Assembly: GCA_050273025.1 (NCBI GenBank)
Contig: CP158635.1
Coordinates: forward strand, 25,916,001-25,980,000
Length of the DNA: 64,000 nt
Source: Cenococcum geophilum
Taxonomy: Eukaryota
Direction: 5' to 3'
The stretch's first letter is position 1. Each line of letters starts with the position of its first letter. The position numbers and the translations under genes were made by a program. A model generated the notes under the pieces. It had not been told where the DNA came from, ran no database searches, and saw only the letters and a program-made list of their open reading frames with translations. This document shows positions 50,601 to 62,976 of the stretch, piece by piece.

Positions 50601-53600
50601 AACTTAAAGATAAAAACGAGTTAAGAGTTAACCTAAAGTACCTAGTACACTATACGCTATTATAAATTGTATACGTAGATAATATATATAAAATGTATAA
50701 GAATCTAAAGGAAAAGAATTAGAAATACCCTATAAGGATATACTGGATAATAGAAGAGCGATAGTATAGGAATGCTAAGTATATATATAGATGGCATCCA
50801 GTAAAGGGCTAAGAGAAAGGAAATTTAATACTTTAGCCAGAAAGATTCCTTATAGAAGAATACTTAGATAAATAATAGTGGTGGGAATGCCTAGAAAATA
50901 CGTGTCTATAGTATATTAAAGATAAGAAGCGAACTAGGCATTAGCTAAAGAGCGAGCTAAGTATAATAGGATTAAGTAGCTAATAGTTAGGAAAAGTAGA
51001 GGCCTATAGGACTAAAGGGAGCTAGTAGTAAAGCCTTAGACCCTTAAAGGAATTTAAGGACAATACCTAAATTTATAAGTTAAATAGTAAGATCAGCAGT
51101 TTAAAGCGCTAATAAATAGTGGAGTAACGCGAAACTATATCTTACTAGCAGTAGTTAAGAGAATGGGATTACCTTATAGATAGAAGGAGTAACCTTACCT
51201 ATTAGTTATAATTTTAGGAGATCTAATAGCCTATAGAGGAGGGATTATTAACCTTAAAACAGGACCTATTTAGATAACTATTAAAGGGAGATAAATTAAG
51301 ATGTCTTTTAATATCCTACTATTAGGACGGGATAAGGCAGTATTAGGGATGCCTTAGTTATAGGAATATAATCTAAAGATTAATTAGATTACAGGCTAGG
51401 TCAATATTAGGGATACTTAACGCTATAAAATGCGATAGCAAACTAAGTTGGTATAGTACTAAGTTGGAGCAATATATAAAGAGAATAAGTAAGGCTTAAG
51501 TTATATACTAAAGAGATACTATAAATATGGCAAGAAACTATAGTTACTAGAAAGTAAAAAGCTAGTAGAGTATATAGTATAGGACTATAAGATAGAATTA
51601 GAACTAAAAATAAGTCTAAGGTTCTTTCTAATCTATAAGCTTACTAAAGAAGAAGGTAGAGCACTAAAAGAGTTTATCTAGGAAAACCTATAAAAGGGAT
51701 ATATTAGACCATCGCAGTCATTAGCAGGATATCTAGTACTATTTATACTAAAGAAGAATGGTAAACTAAGGCTATGCATTAACTATAGGCAGTTAAACAG
51801 CATTACTAGAAAGGATAGGTATTCTTTACCCTTAATTAGCGAAATCTAAGACAGGATAGGTAATGTATAAATCTTTATAAAGATAGATCTAAGATAGGCG
51901 TACCATTAGATTAGAATTAAGGAAGGCGATAAATAGAAGGTAGCCTTTAGGTTAAAGGAAGGACTATATAAACTATTAGTTATGCAATTTAGGCTTATAA
52001 ATGTATTAGCAACGTTCTAAAAGCGTATTAATAATATATTAAGAAAATACTTAGATGAGTTTGTTATAGTATACCTTAACAATATTATTATCTACTTAAT
52101 AATTAAGGGAGAGCACGGAGAATATATTAAATGGGTTTTAAAGAGACTATAAGAAGAATAGATACTAGTAGTAATTAAGAAATGCAAGTTCTTTACCAGG
52201 AAGACAAATTTTATTAAATTTATTATTAAACTAGGCTAACTTAGTATAGATCTAAAGAAGATTAAGGTTATAGTAAATTAGTAAGAACTAGAGAACATTA
52301 TATAGTTAAAATCGTTTTTAGGATTTTGCAATTACTACAGAAGGTTTATAGCGTAAAAAATAAGATAGAGACCACGCATTAAGAAATAGAGGTTCCTTTA
52401 CAGGCAAGGCGCGCTCACTTTCTTACCCCAGTTTGGCCAAGACCTAACCTTAACCTCAACCATAAAAGGCCTTCTCCCTCGCTGCTTTTACCCTCATACT
52501 CTATCTCCTTTTTTCTTTCCCGCTACCGTGCCACCTCAGACTCTAGCTATTAGCCGTAAGGCATTTTCCATCCCCTTAGCGTCTATGTAGGTGCTCTACC
52601 TACCTTCCCTAATCTCCGCATGTTTTATACTAACGATTACCCAGCGCTGTAACTCTTTAGCCCTTTCTATAAGACATATTTATACTCTCTCCTAATATTA
52701 ATATATGCTTCGGTCCTACCGTATTCCTCCTTTCTTCTTTCCTCTCTCCTCTCCTTCCTACGTCCCCTACCGATTAGTGCACTAGAATAACATTTCCGTT
52801 TATCCTCTTCTTTACCTCCGCCTCTAGCAGTATCTTAGACGTAACTATAATATGCAACTTAATTCTTATCGGAACAGCTATAAATAGCTATACCAAGAAC
52901 CGCCTAGTAATGGATTATATAGGTTACAGCTACTGCGAGCTGCGGGATGCGTTAGGCAGTGTTATATTACAGCGTCACGATAAAGGCGAAGCTAGACGCC
53001 AAAGTAGGTCCTTAGCGAAACTATAGGCTAATACCAGTTACTTAGCTTAGTTAAAGCTGCGCCGCTAGAAGCTAAAAGCCCTCGCCCTCCTTAGTGCCTT
53101 CTTAACCTAGACCTAAACCTTACCCTTCCCTAATAATTAGAGGATTATATTACAATCAGAAAAGCCGCTAGGCTTTAGTCTAATCTAGCCCCCTATTTAG
53201 TTAAGGAGGTATAGGTTATACGGAAATATCCTTTATATAAACCTAAGACTTATAAGGCGGAATCTAGGGGTAAACAGCCTATCTAGTAGCATAGCCTAGC
53301 TTCTAGTGGAGCTGATGTTATAATCTTACTCTTAGCTAATAAATACTAGAGAAAAATTCGCGTATTTAACCTCCTAATAGAGACGGACTTTATACAGTGG
53401 CTACATTAGCTAAAAGGGCGCAGTAAGATAGATACGGGTATAGTTGCCTAATCTACTCACGCTATCTACCCCCTTATGTTATTTGTAACATCTGGCTATA
53501 AATAAGGGTAAAGTATAACTAAGGAAGTTCCTTAGATCTAGGGGAGAGATTTAAGGATACCCTTATTACTTAGAGTGTCTTTTAATGCTCAGCAGAATTA

Positions 53601-54246
53601 CGGCACGCCTTCTACCTATCTAACCCTAGGAACTATGGTCTCGTAGAGGATCTAGTATAGAAGATCCAGTTTGCTAGCATAATCGGGTTAAAAAAATCGG
53701 GTTAGAAAACGGATATGTTAGCGCTAGCTCTAACTCTAAGAAATAAGGGTAGAGGTACTTTACCACCAACCTCCTTAATAAGGAGGCTTGGTGCAATACC
53801 CCTATTAGAGGCTAAATGTGCTAGGTTAGTTAGTTAGGTCTCGATTATAGTTTCCTAATAGGTATTAATCTTATAACAGAGTTTAAGCCCATATATACCT
53901 TTATACGTTATAAACAGTAATTACTAATAGAGCGTAGATTACACGTTTTAATTCGCTATTAAGTTAGTAGGGTTATTTTAGTATAGATGCTGCGGATATA
54001 AGCTAGTAGCAAAGAGGGGACTAGTATGGACTTAAAAGCCTAGCGTAACCCGTCCTTTAGGGCTATTAGAAAGGCATAAGGCAATAATAATTCTAATAAC
54101 ACATCGGGAAAATATTCGCAGGATGAGATTCAAGTAGACTTTGGTTTTCGCGTTTCGCGTAATTGACATGCAATTTAACCAACTCGACACGCAATTGACC
54201 AACTTGACACGCAATTAACCAATTTAACACATCTAAAAGTCAAATA

Positions 54247-54490
54247 ACACGCAGTTAACCTATTTAACAACTTTAAAAGCTAACTATATATTTCTTGACA
54301 TGCAGTTGACCTACTTAATAGCTAACTATATATTCCTTAACACGCAGTTAACCTATTTAACAACTTTAAAAGCTAACTATATATTTCTTGACACGCAGTT
54401 GACCTACTTAATAGCTAACTATATATTCCTTAACACGCAGTTAACCTATTTAATAACTTTAAAAGCTAACTATATATTCCTTGACATGTA
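54247..54490. repeat. 93-bp tandem repeat (about 2.6 copies)
   Basis: Unit starts ACACGCAGTTAACC at 54247, 54340 and 54433. Confidence 0.85.
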
Positions 54491-54552
54491 ATTAAGGTAA
54501 AGTTATATGCTAATTACGCAAATGAATTTTTACACAGTTTTATTACTTAAAG

Positions 54553-54962
54553 GCTCTGCATAAGGCTCTACACGAAGCTCTACACGAAGCTCTACACGAA
54601 GCTCTACACGAAGCTCTACACGAAGCTCTACACGAAGCTCTACGTACAGAGGCTCTGCACGAGGCTCTGCGCGAAGCTCTGCGTACGGAGGCTCTGCACG
54701 AAGCTCTGCACGAAGCTCTGCACGAAGCTCTGCACGAAGCTCTGCACGAAGCTCTGCACGAAGCTCTGCACGAAGCTCTGCGTACAGAGGCTCTGCATGA
54801 GGCTCTGCACGAAGCTCTGCGTACAGAGGCTCTGCATGAGGCTCTGCACGAAGCTCTACACGAAGCTCTGCACGAAGCTCTGCACGAAGCTCTGCGTACA
54901 AAGGCTCTGCACGAGGCTCTGCGCGAAGCTCTGCGTACGGAGGCTCTACACGAAGCTCTGCA
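54553..54962. repeat. 12-bp minisatellite (GCACGAAGCTCT)n
   Basis: About 30 units; reverse complement of the 47038-47350 array. Confidence 0.95.
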
Positions 54963-55082
54963 TCGGGTCCCCGCTATATTCCCGATAGCCTCTCCTATGT
55001 AGCCACCTTATTTTTTTTTATCCATCCTTCCTTCCTTACATCCTCCCTACCTAGGGAGGCACCAGAACGGCAGCCAGCAGAG

Positions 55083-55490
55083 GACCGTCACCAGAACTAG
55101 ACGACCGTCGCCAGAACCAGACGACCGTCGCCAGAACCAGACGACCGTCGCCAGAGCCAGACGACTGTCGCCAGAGCCAGATGACCGTCGCTAGAACCAG
55201 ACGACCGTCGCCGTCGCCAGACGACCGTCGTTAGAACCAGACGACCGTCGCCAGAACTAGACGATCGTTACCAGAACCAGACGACCGTCGCCGTCGCCAG
55301 ACGACCGTCGCTAGAACTAGACAACCGTTACCAAAACCAGACGACCGTTACCAGAACTAGACGACCGTTGCCAGAGCCAGACGACCGTTTCCAGAGCCAG
55401 ACGACCGTCGCCAGAGCCAGACGACCGTCGCCAGAGCCAGACGACTGTCGCCAGAACTAGACGACCGTTGCCAGAACCAGACGACGACCG
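55083..55490. repeat. 20-bp minisatellite (GACGACCGTCGCCAGAACCA)n
   Basis: About 20 head-to-tail units without spacers; about 5 more at 55743-55845. Confidence 0.95.
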
Positions 55491-57935
55491 TTTAAATAAC
55501 CAGCCAGCAAACACCACGAATGATTCAATCAATCGATCAATCGAATTAAACCAGAGCTTTAATATTAGCCTATCACCGAATTAAATTAAGGCCTCCTAGG
55601 GAGGCACCCGTTCAAATGTAATCAGGGCCTTTAATCAGGCCGACCCCTCCCCCAAATTAAATTATACACTGACACAGGCAGGCAGGCAGGCAGGTAGGTA
55701 GGTAGGTAGGTAGGTAGGTAGGTAGGCAGGCAGGTAGAAGAGGACCGTCGCCAGAACCAGACCACCGTCGCCAGAGCTAGACGACCGTCGCCAGAGCCAG
55801 ACGACCGTTACTAGAACCAGACGACCGTCGCAAGAGCCAGACGATAACGACTAGCCAGCGAACGCTATAAACGATTCGATCGATTGATTGAATCAAGGTA
55901 CCACAAACAGGTAGGCACAAGTAGGGAGATGCTAACAGGTAGGCAGATGTAGATAGGTAGGCAGATGCTAACGGGTAGGCAGATATAGACAGGTAGGTAG
56001 ATATAAACAGGTAGGCGATATAGACAGGTAGGTAATATAGACAGGTAGGCAATGCAGATAGGTAGGCAATGCAGATAGGTAGGCAATGTAGACAGGTAGG
56101 TAATGCAGACAGGTAGGTAATGTAGATAGGTAGGCAATACAGACAGGTAGGTAATATAGATAGGTAGGCGATGCAGGCAGGTTGGTAAGTTAATAGGTAG
56201 ATAGGTAGAAGAGAACCATTGCTATATTATATTAAATTATCTAAAATAATATTTATTTTGCTAGTCTTATAAATAGCTTTAAAGTAGCTTTTATTTATTT
56301 AAAACATGCTATTAGTATAAAAGAGGTAAATATAATTATGGTTGCCAAATACGCAGATTGCTGGCAGGTTACGCGCAGGTTGCGCGCAGGTTGCTCGCAG
56401 GCTGCGCGCAGGCTGCGTGTCAAAAAAACACGACATAGGCTAGTCGGTCGAGTTGCCAAATGCCCTCAACTGCGCGCCAATTACGTCAACCACCAACCAT
56501 TGAGGCCATTGGTAGGGTACCATATTTTGCCGATGCAATGGCGGTAGTAACGGTGGCATCTTCTTAACCCCTTTATTTTAATTTACAAATTTCACTTAAT
56601 AATATTAATTTTTATACTGCACCCCCTAAAAAACCGAAGGCTTCTTAATATTATGCGATTACGGCTTCTAAGGTAAATATAAGTAATATACTTAAAAAGA
56701 GGACAAAAAAGGGGAGAGTATCTCGCTTCCCTCTAAGAGATAATTCTATAAAATATTTAGCCTGGTTACGCTTAGGCAAGTTATTCTATATTACCTTTTT
56801 TAAACATTCCACCTAATAAGGCACCTATAGATCCTAAGGCTTTTAATAAGTATAAAGATATTTATAAGAATATAAGTAACAGCCAAGACGCTAGAGGAAG
56901 TAATTAAGGTAATTTAGTAATTATCCCCTCCTTTTTTTCCTAATAACTATAAATATGTTTAACAGTTAGTAGCAAATCTAATATTTATTAAAGATAATAC
57001 AGCCGACCTAGACTTAGAACCTAAAGCCAAAGGGGATAAAGCCAGTAATACTAGTAATAAAGCTAATAAAGTTGGCGATTAACTAGCACCTTATAGGTTA
57101 GGTATGCACTTCCCCCCTATATAACGGCCTTGCTTAATAATTATTAGGTAGTAGAAATAACCGCGGCAATAAAGACAATAAGGATAAGAAGTTACCTTCT
57201 TTAGAGGAGCTAGAAGATCTCTTTAGCGTATTTACGTATAACCATCTTAAACCTATAGTAGAAGACGTTAATAAAATAGATAGCCTAGCTAAGGGAATTA
57301 ATGTTATAACTGTCCCCTAGGCTATATAGAAGTTAGAGACCTACGTAGTAACTAACTAAAACTCCTTAATAGCCAATAATACAGATAATATTGGTAGGTT
57401 ATAGATATTAAAAATATTGTTACTATAACCTAATAACCATAATATAGACAATCCGCTTATTAGGGAGGAGGGTAATTATAAGAAAGGGAATACAGAAGGC
57501 AAATTATCCTTTATGCTAAGGAAGCGGAAGCTTAAGTAGGACGACGTTACTAATTATAATTCTAACAACTCTGCTAAAGAGAGTAGTGGGGGTAGCAAGG
57601 GTAGTAATAGTTTACGTCCCTAAAAGCAATAAAGGCCACCCGCCTATCGCGAAAACTTATCTTTTAGCCCCCCTATCCCCGACCTTAACTCTTAATACCC
57701 GCAAGTTAACCAGCAAGCGGTATCCACTCCACGTCCCGCCAGCCCTTCGCTTTAGAAGCCTACCCTTCTCTATAGCATTAAACCGCCGCATAACGAGGCT
57801 AGCAATTATACTTATAACGAGGACGAGGACAGTAATAGTAGTGGCGTTGCTAATAACTAGAGTAACGTTTTAAACCTAGAGCCTACTATAAAGCGTTATA
57901 CCCAGACTAAAAAAGACAAAATTAATAAAGTAAGC

Positions 57936-58077
57936 TTAGATAATAAATAGGAGATCAACGATATTCTAGGGGAAAAAATAACTAAGTCAGGGCGCAAATA
58001 TAAGGTAGCTTAGAAGCCCACCTAGGTTTATAAAAGCGGGCTTTTAAATTTTAATAATGTCCTTAAGTCTTACTAAA
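57936..58077 (+). pseudogene. RIP-degraded chromodomain-like remnant at the end of an acidic ORF (about 56.6-58.1 kb)
   Basis: LDNK*EINDILGEKITKSGRKYKVA*KPT*VYKSGL: the three stops fall where chromodomains have aromatic residues (WE I..IL....Y.V.W.PTW). Confidence 0.6.
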
Positions 58078-59542
58078 GACGTGTTTAGTAAGCTAAAGCT
58101 AGATTGTTATAAGTACACTCTTTTTCTAAAGTTACGAAAGTGAAGGGTAGGGTTGCTGTGCAGAAGAGATAGGGCTAGTAGCTTGGGCGTATTTTTGTGT
58201 TTTAGTTAGTCCTACGGAAATAGGAAGCCAAGGTTTGCATTTAGTAGTCCAATTATTTAAGTACATTTTCTTAAGGCGGTATTACTGTATACAGCCGTTT
58301 TTATCCAAATTTCGCTACTAACTTATCTATATTATGCATATTTAATTAAAACGGAGCTTTATAAGTTATAAGACTTGTTATATTACTAGGCATTATAGTA
58401 CCTATTTATTTATATTACAAATCCTCTCTTTTACCATTAATATACTTAAGAATTCGTTAAATTATAAACTTCTCTATACTTAAGATATGCTAATCTACTA
58501 AGATTACCGTCTAATATAAAAAGTGCTAGAAGAGACTAAGACATTCCTTAAAGATAAATCGCATCGTCCCCTACCCTAGTGCTATTACATGAGGTAGGTA
58601 AGCATATCCTAACCTAATACCCGTAACACAAAGTACGGCGCAGTTTAGGAGCTCGCTAGCAACTAGAGATTGTTTAGCATGTCCTAAATAAAGGATGGTT
58701 AGTATATTATACTATATATAAGGATAGTAAGACTAATAGACTTATAAAGTATAAAACTTACCTTTATTAACGCTAATAACGCTTAAAAAATAGGTAAAGT
58801 ATAAATCTAGACAGAGAAGCCTTTAGATTTTTAAGCCAAAGATAAGATTTTATAAACGTTAAAAGGAAAGCCTTAAAAGTATAGAGGAAATGCCGCGGCG
58901 CTATTACTAGGGATAGATTCCATAAACCTACAAATAAGTTTAGATAGTTAAAATTCCTAGTTTTATAAATATACCTTACTTATCCATTTCTTTAATAATA
59001 TTATCTATATAGTTATATTTACCGTTCTAACAGCCTCTAATAATAACTCTAAAGGCCCCTAGGGACTTTAATTTGGGAAATATTCCTTATTTATAACGAT
59101 CTTCTATATCGTTATCAGAAAGCTTATAAAAAGCAACATAATATATTAAGATATAATAATAAGCCGATCTAAAGGCAAAAATTTCGTCCTTTTAAGGCGT
59201 GCTTAGATACGGAGCTTAGGCTTAAACAGAGTACAAAATAAAAAGAGGAGACCTATTAATTAATAAACTAGCGAAGTTAATTAGCTTTACGTTTAAATGT
59301 TCATCTAAGAGAATATTATAGTATGAAATATTACCATATATAATATATCTGGAGTAAATATATTTAAAAACGTCTGTAAGCTATAAAATCCAACACATTT
59401 ATAAAATTTGATCGATATTATTACTTTTGTCCTAAAGAAACCCGTAGAGCTGGCCGTTTAAAGCGCGTTCTAGATATATTACCGTACGGTTATCCTTCTA
59501 GAAAAGTTCGCTACTATAGTATTGCAAAAGTCTATTATATTA

Positions 59543-62500
59543 TTATTATTATTAATTCTATTTATCGCCTGATTTGGTCCCTTTTTAGGTCTATATAGGC
59601 TTCTACCTTCTATATATAGGAAAAACCCCCTAGGGGGGAAAACCTAGGTATATCCTTTTAGCTAGTCTTATGCGCTCCGCCTTCGCCTAGCCTGTATACC
59701 TTTATATAATATCTGCCTTACATATTATGCTTTTAAGGTGTCTTAGAAGATCTAGGGGGTAGTAGAAGGGTTTAGTAATTCGCCGGCGTGCTACCTTTAA
59801 CTAGGTAGGGGGTGTCTAGTCTCTAAGGGACTGAAAGGGGGCGTATCCTTTAGTGTCCTCCTACTGGATCTCATTTGCTATCTAGAACTGCTAAAGGACT
59901 TTTTAGCTTATAAGCCATTATACTGCTTTATATAGACCCCTGCTTGTAGAGAGTATTTAGGTAATATTATTTGTGCCTGCTCTAGCGAATAACTGGTTTC
60001 TTATAGTGCGTTAGTTGCAGAATAGTAGTACGTGGCGTACTGACTGTGTAGGCCATCCGTATATACAGTGTGGCGTAATATTTGGGATATAAATGCTTGC
60101 TAGCCATGCATTTAGCCCTAGGACCTCTGTCTTTAGTAGGAAGGCGGCTGTGGATTCTACCTTTGTTTGTCCTTTGTATAGGGGGAGAGTTAGTATTATC
60201 TATGGGGTGATCCATGTGGCTACCCTCTGTGTTTTTACCGCCTTCTTCCATTATTGGTTCCACTTAATATCTGCCCATCTTGCGATGCATGTAGTGGATC
60301 TTTACTTATGCTAGTGGCCTCCTATCCTCTGCTGCCGTGGTGGCACTCTACTGGCGTGGCGCCGGGTCTCCGCTTGGTGTTATAGTAGCTCCTGTATTTC
60401 CTATTCTTTCTCTGCTACACGTAGGCGGAGGGCTTCCTAGCTTGTGAGCTTAGGCACGTTGCCCCTCTAGGGGGCCCTTACTCCTTATATATAATTAAGT
60501 GTTTGGCGTATATCCTTCTCTACTAGGTGGTCTTGTACTGTAGCTGCTCTCTATATAGCAATTGTGTCTATATATATGTCTAATGGAGGTACTACTGCTT
60601 TGCGTTCTAGTGTGGCACATGGTATCCTTTTATAGGCCCCTATAATTCTATATAGGTATTAGTTTTATAGTTTAACTAGTAGCTCTAGGGAGCTTTTTGC
60701 TAGTGGCTTGCCTTTTAGGTCCATGCCTTAGATCTAGGCGCCGTATAGCATTGTTAGCCTTACTACAGCTATGTATAGTAGTCGTGTGCGTCTAAATAAG
60801 GGTCCCTAGGTTAAGGCTGCGATACGCAATATCGCTGCGAATGCTGCTGCTCCCCTGTAAGTCGCCTGTGTGATATGCGCATTCCAGTTTAGTCTAGCGT
60901 CTACCTATACCCCTAGGACCTTAAGGGTGGCTTCTAGTTTTGCTTTGCAGCCCTAGATGCTTACTATTGACGCTAGGTTGTTATTTGCCCTCCTTTTTCT
61001 TATAAAATAGATAAGCTGGTATTTATCTAGTGTAAATTTAGCGCCATGCTGTTTTACCTATGTGACGCACCTGTCGTGCGCCTAGTTTAGTCTGGTGTAG
61101 TTTTCTGCTGCTATATTTCCCCACGTAATTAGGTTTATATTGTCTATAAATCCTAAGGCTACTATTTCCTGGTTGCTCTTAAATGTCTCTAGTAGCTTAG
61201 ATATAAAGAATAAGAATAGGATTAGCGATAGGGGCGACCCCTGTGGGATGCCTGTAGGTATTAGTATTAATTTGCTTTTGTAGCCCTTAAACACTATCTT
61301 AGTAGTGCGCCCTGTTAGAAAGGCTTATATAAACTTAACTATTTATTCTAGTAGACCCTTCTTTCTTAGGATCTATAGGAGTCTCTTATGCGATATGTTG
61401 TTAAAGGCTCTACTTAGGTTTAAGCTAAGCATAGATACTATGTATCCTGGGCAGGCTTGCCACGCCGCCTAGACGCTAGAGGTAATTAGGGAGAGGGCTA
61501 AGAGGGTTAATCGCTTCTTTCTTGCGCCTATTTATATCTATAGTAGTAGTCCTTACTCCTCTACGGCGTCTTATATACGCTCTATAACTATCTTTTCTAG
61601 AAGCTTTCCTAGCGTATTTTTAAGGGCGATTAGTTAGTAGCTTCCTAAGAAAGAGTAGTCCTTTTTATTTGGCTTTCTTAAGATAATTGTAGTTGTTACT
61701 TTATAGCAGTCTAGTAGATTGCCTTTGTATAGGCAGGTAGTTGCAGCGTTTACTAGTGGTATTGCTAAGGCTTTTAACGCAGCCTTAATTGCCTTGTTTA
61801 GGATCCTGTTTGGTCCTACCACTTTACCTATAGGGAGCTTCCGAATAGCTTCTTTTATGTCCTTTGTTAAGACTATCTAGCTTATCTCTAGGGGTAGGGG
61901 GTAGTCTTGGTTGCTAGTGTCCTATAAGTCTGCTTGGCCTACGCCTGGGAAGAACCTCTCTGCTAGTATTCTTGTTTTTTCCCCATTGTTATTTATGTAC
62001 TGGTTATGTGCTATCCAACGTAGTGCGGGTAGGTAGGGGTCCCCTGGCGTTTCCCCTGCGGCTTGCCTACTCTACTTTAACATTTGCTAAAGTCCCTAGT
62101 TATGTGGCTTAGTAGGGTCTGAAGTAATTTCCTTAAGGAACCGGCGCCAGCTGTTTCTGCTCTCCTTCCGTATTATCTTCTTAAGCCTATTCTTTAGGGC
62201 TTTATAACTCTGTTAGTAGTAGACCTTGTCCGTCTCACTATACTGTCGCCTTGCCCTCCTTAAGCCTATAAGTATCTACGCTACCTCTGGTGACCATTTG
62301 CGCCGGGCGTGTTTACTAGGCTAGGCCATTAGGCAGTGCTTATCTAGGCAGTTGCTTATAGTCTTCTAGATATCCTCTAGCGTTGCCTAAGGTATTATTG
62401 CTAGCCTATTGGTGATTTCCTGGGTATATTTTTCCTGATCGAGTTTCTAGATGGCGTATCTCTAGCGGGTTTATTGCGCTAGTGCGTTAACGTTAAGGGT

Positions 62501-62976
62501 TATCCGTATAGGTATATGGTCTGTAGTTATTGCCTATATATTCTCTGGCCCGCAGAAAGCTAGCCGGTCTACTAGTGCTTCGTGTATAAATATAAGGTTG
62601 ATTATGCTCTCTTGGGTTCCTCTTTTCCAGGTAGGTTCGCCTATTGGGGTAGTTAGGGCAAGGCCTCGCGTTTCTAGTTTGTTGAGCAGGTGAGTTGCCT
62701 GTGCTTCTACTGTGGCCTGCTGTCCTCCCCATGCTGTATAGTGTGTATTGAAGTCCCCTAGGACTATTATCTCGCCTTCTACTATGTTAATTATTTGTTA
62801 GAGTAGCCCCCACGTAGTTATCTGGGGCCTGTTATCGCTTAGGTTGTAGACATTAATTATACTAATTTAGCCCCTATTTGTAGCTATTTGTAGTTTAGCT
62901 ATGTTAGGGCTAATAGTATAATAGCTCCAGGCCTATATGTTAATGCGTTGGCTGATTAGGAAGCATACGCGGGTAG
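59543..62976 (-). mobile_element. 5'-truncated non-LTR retrotransposon (Tad1-like LINE), RIP-degraded
   Basis: Endonuclease remnant (IVLGDFN) near 62750; RT motifs LRKPNKKDYS..GSY, GIPQGSPLS.ILFLFF, GFIDNINL; 3' (AAT)n tail near 59543-59553; 15-bp TSD AAGTCTATTATATTA at 59528-59542 and 62977-62991. Confidence 0.93.

Larger units (their letters stand above)
45752..52352 (+). mobile_element. RIP-degraded Ty3/Gypsy retrotransposon, 3'-truncated; 5' LTR interrupted by element A
   Basis: LTR starts TGTTAC (45752 or 45775) and ends near 48008. gag (KLKGFLT), zinc knuckle near 49060 (NCGK*GYY.RD), protease ALINSG near 51105, [36 protein letters not shown] (=YLDD) near 52072; ends after FLGFCNYYRRFI. 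Confidence 0.92.
54102..56535. mobile_element. Non-autonomous element B: CATCGG(G/C)AAAAT termini, 2-bp TSD; core is an inverted relative of element A
   Basis: Ends CATCGGGAAAAT...ATTTTGCCGATG (11/12), flanked CA/CA. Shares unique blocks with A in reverse complement, e.g. CATCGGGTCCCCGCTATATTCCCGATAGCC and CCTACCTAGGGAGGCACCAGAACGGCAGCCAGCAG. Confidence 0.7.

Noticed and set aside
55083..55490. Regular 20-bp repeats resembling a CRISPR array
   Set aside because: Units are head-to-tail without unique spacers, there are no cas genes, and the DNA is eukaryotic.
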